Origin: an uncultured Gemmatimonadales bacterium
GTDB taxonomy: Bacteria > Gemmatimonadota > Gemmatimonadetes > Longimicrobiales > Gaopeijiaceae
Assembly: GCA_963823035.1 (NCBI GenBank)
Contig: CAWGKG010000014.1
Location: 512,001 to 576,000 of the forward strand
DNA length: 64,000 nucleotides
Reading direction: 5' to 3'
A program made the position numbers and the translations under genes. The notes under the pieces were generated by a model. It searched no databases and had not been told where the DNA came from. It saw only the letters and a list, made by a program, of their open reading frames with translations. Positions within the stretch are counted from its first letter, which is position 1. Each line of letters begins with the position of its first letter. Shown here one piece after another: positions 62,789 through 64,000 of this stretch.

Positions 62789-64000
62789 TCAGAAATCCGC
62801 TCCGGTCATCGCGAGCACCAGGTCGTAGCGGGTGACGATGCCGTCGAGCGAGCCGTTCTCGCGTACCAGGCACGCGGCGTTGCCGCGCTGCAGGAGGTGC
62901 GTGACCTCCTCGGCGTCGACGTGGCCGTCGACGACGGGGTAGGGTCCGTCCATCACCGACTCCACGGGATCGTCCAACAGCGAGGGCTCCGCGATCACCC
63001 GCGCCATCAGGTCGCTCTCCGCGAGCGAGCCGATGCACTCCCCGTCCCGTACCACCGGAAGCTGGCCGATGTCGTGGGTGGTGATCGTGCCGAGCGCGAC
63101 ACGCACCGGGGTCGACGGCCCCACGGAGATGACGCCGGCGTCGCCCGCCTTGGCGTGCAGCATCTCCCGCACGCTGCGATGCTTGGCGCGGGGGAGGAAG
63201 CCGCTCTCCTTCATCCACTCGTCGTCGAAGACCTTGCTCAGATAGTGCTCGCCCCAGTCGCAGAGCACGGCCACCACGAAGCCCTCCGGGTCGTCGACCT
63301 CCCGCGCCACCTGGAGGGCGGCGTGCACGATCAGCCCCGAGGACCCGCCCACGAAGAGCCCCTCCTCCCGCGTGAGCCGGCGGGCCATCAGGAAGGAGTC
63401 GCGGTCGCTCACCGTCACGTAGTCGTCCACCAGATCCAGGTCGAGCGTGCCCGGGATCTTGTCGTTGCCGAGCCCCTCGACCTTGTAGGGATGCCCCTCG
63501 ATCTTCTCCCCGGTCTTGAAGTACGGGCCGATCATCGAACCCTCGGGATCGACGCCCACGATGCGGACCTCGGGCTTGCGCTCCTTCAGGAAGCGCGCCG
63601 TCCCCGTGATCGTGCCGCCCGTGCCCGCACCCGCGAAGAAGTGCGTGATCCTCCCCTCGCTCTGCTCCCAGAGCTCCGGGCCGGTCGTCCGGTAGTGGGC
63701 CTCGGGGTTGGCCGGGTTGTAGAACTGGTTGGCGAGCACGGCGCCGGGCGTGTCGGCGGCGATCGCCTTCGCCTTCATCACGTAGTTCTCCGGGTGGTCC
63801 GGCGGCACCGCGGTCGGGGTGATCACGACCTCCGCACCGAAGGCGCGAAGGAGCTTCACCTTCTCCTCGCTCATCTTGTCGGGCATGGTGAACACGCAGC
63901 GGTACCCCTTGATGGCGGCCGCCATGGCGAGCGCCAGCCCGGTGTTCCCGCTGGTACCCTCGACGATCGTGCCGCCGCGCCCGAGCCGTCCCTCCCGTTC
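62789..64000 (-). CDS. Cystathionine beta-synthase (PLP domain plus CBS pair), 5' end outside the window
   Basis: EGTSGNTG, PDKMSEEK, NQFYNPAN, GAGTGGT, EGLFVGGSSG, YLSK; two CBS domains. Confidence 0.9.
   Translation of the reverse strand, partial: EREGRLGRGGTIVEGTSGNTGLALAMAAAIKGYRCVFTMPDKMSEEKVKLLRAFGAEVVITPTAVPPDHPENYVMKAKAIAADTPGAVLANQFYNPANPEAHYRTTGPELWEQSEGRITHFFAGAGTGGTITGTARFLKERKPEVRIVGVDPEGSMIGPYFKTGEKIEGHPYKVEGLGNDKIPGTLDLDLVDDYVTVSDRDSFLMARRLTREEGLFVGGSSGLIVHAALQVAREVDDPEGFVVAVLCDWGEHYLSKVFDDEWMKESGFLPRAKHRSVREMLHAKAGDAGVISVGPSTPVRVALGTITTHDIGQLPVVRDGECIGSLAESDLMARVIAEPSLLDDPVESVMDGPYPVVDGHVDAEEVTHLLQRGNAACLVRENGSLDGIVTRYDLVLAMTGADF

Overview
High-GC bacterial chromosomal segment, probably Gemmatimonadota (inferred from protein style only). 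More than a dozen genes carry 1-bp indels, mostly in short homopolymers; these look like long-read assembly errors rather than true pseudogenes. Housekeeping and catabolic genes include a GH47 mannosidase, M19/S10/S46 peptidases, kbl-tdh, thiC with a TPP riboswitch, trxA, an EF-G paralogue, rhomboid, ddl and cystathionine beta-synthase. The main accessory features are: (1) a 9.3-kb operon behind a sigma-54-type promoter encoding a His-rich cytochrome-b-like membrane protein, a TPR protein, a 17-haem cytochrome, a tandemly expanded ~43-haem cytochrome, a probable outer-membrane beta-barrel and a membrane-anchored ferredoxin-flavin NAD(P)H oxidoreductase, together a candidate cytoplasm-to-surface electron conduit; (2) a hydrogenase-less, apparently fused HybA-HybB with a 13-haem cytochrome and a lipoyl-less GcvH-like protein, next to a haem-c sensor kinase and NtrC-type regulator, with three sigma-54 promoters and repeated enhancer-like boxes; (3) a FecR-like/TPR secreted protein paired with a CHASE2-3TM-TIR receptor; (4) an AbrB-Doc toxin-antitoxin cassette lying between thiC and a displaced, diverged copy of the thiC 3' end; (5) a TonB-dependent receptor locus with tandem-duplicated lipoproteins; (6) an ArsR-TolC-MFP-RND-YgaP operon whose AT-rich operator-like box recurs upstream of trxA 30 kb away. 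I recognised no rRNA, tRNA, CRISPR array, integrase or transposase.
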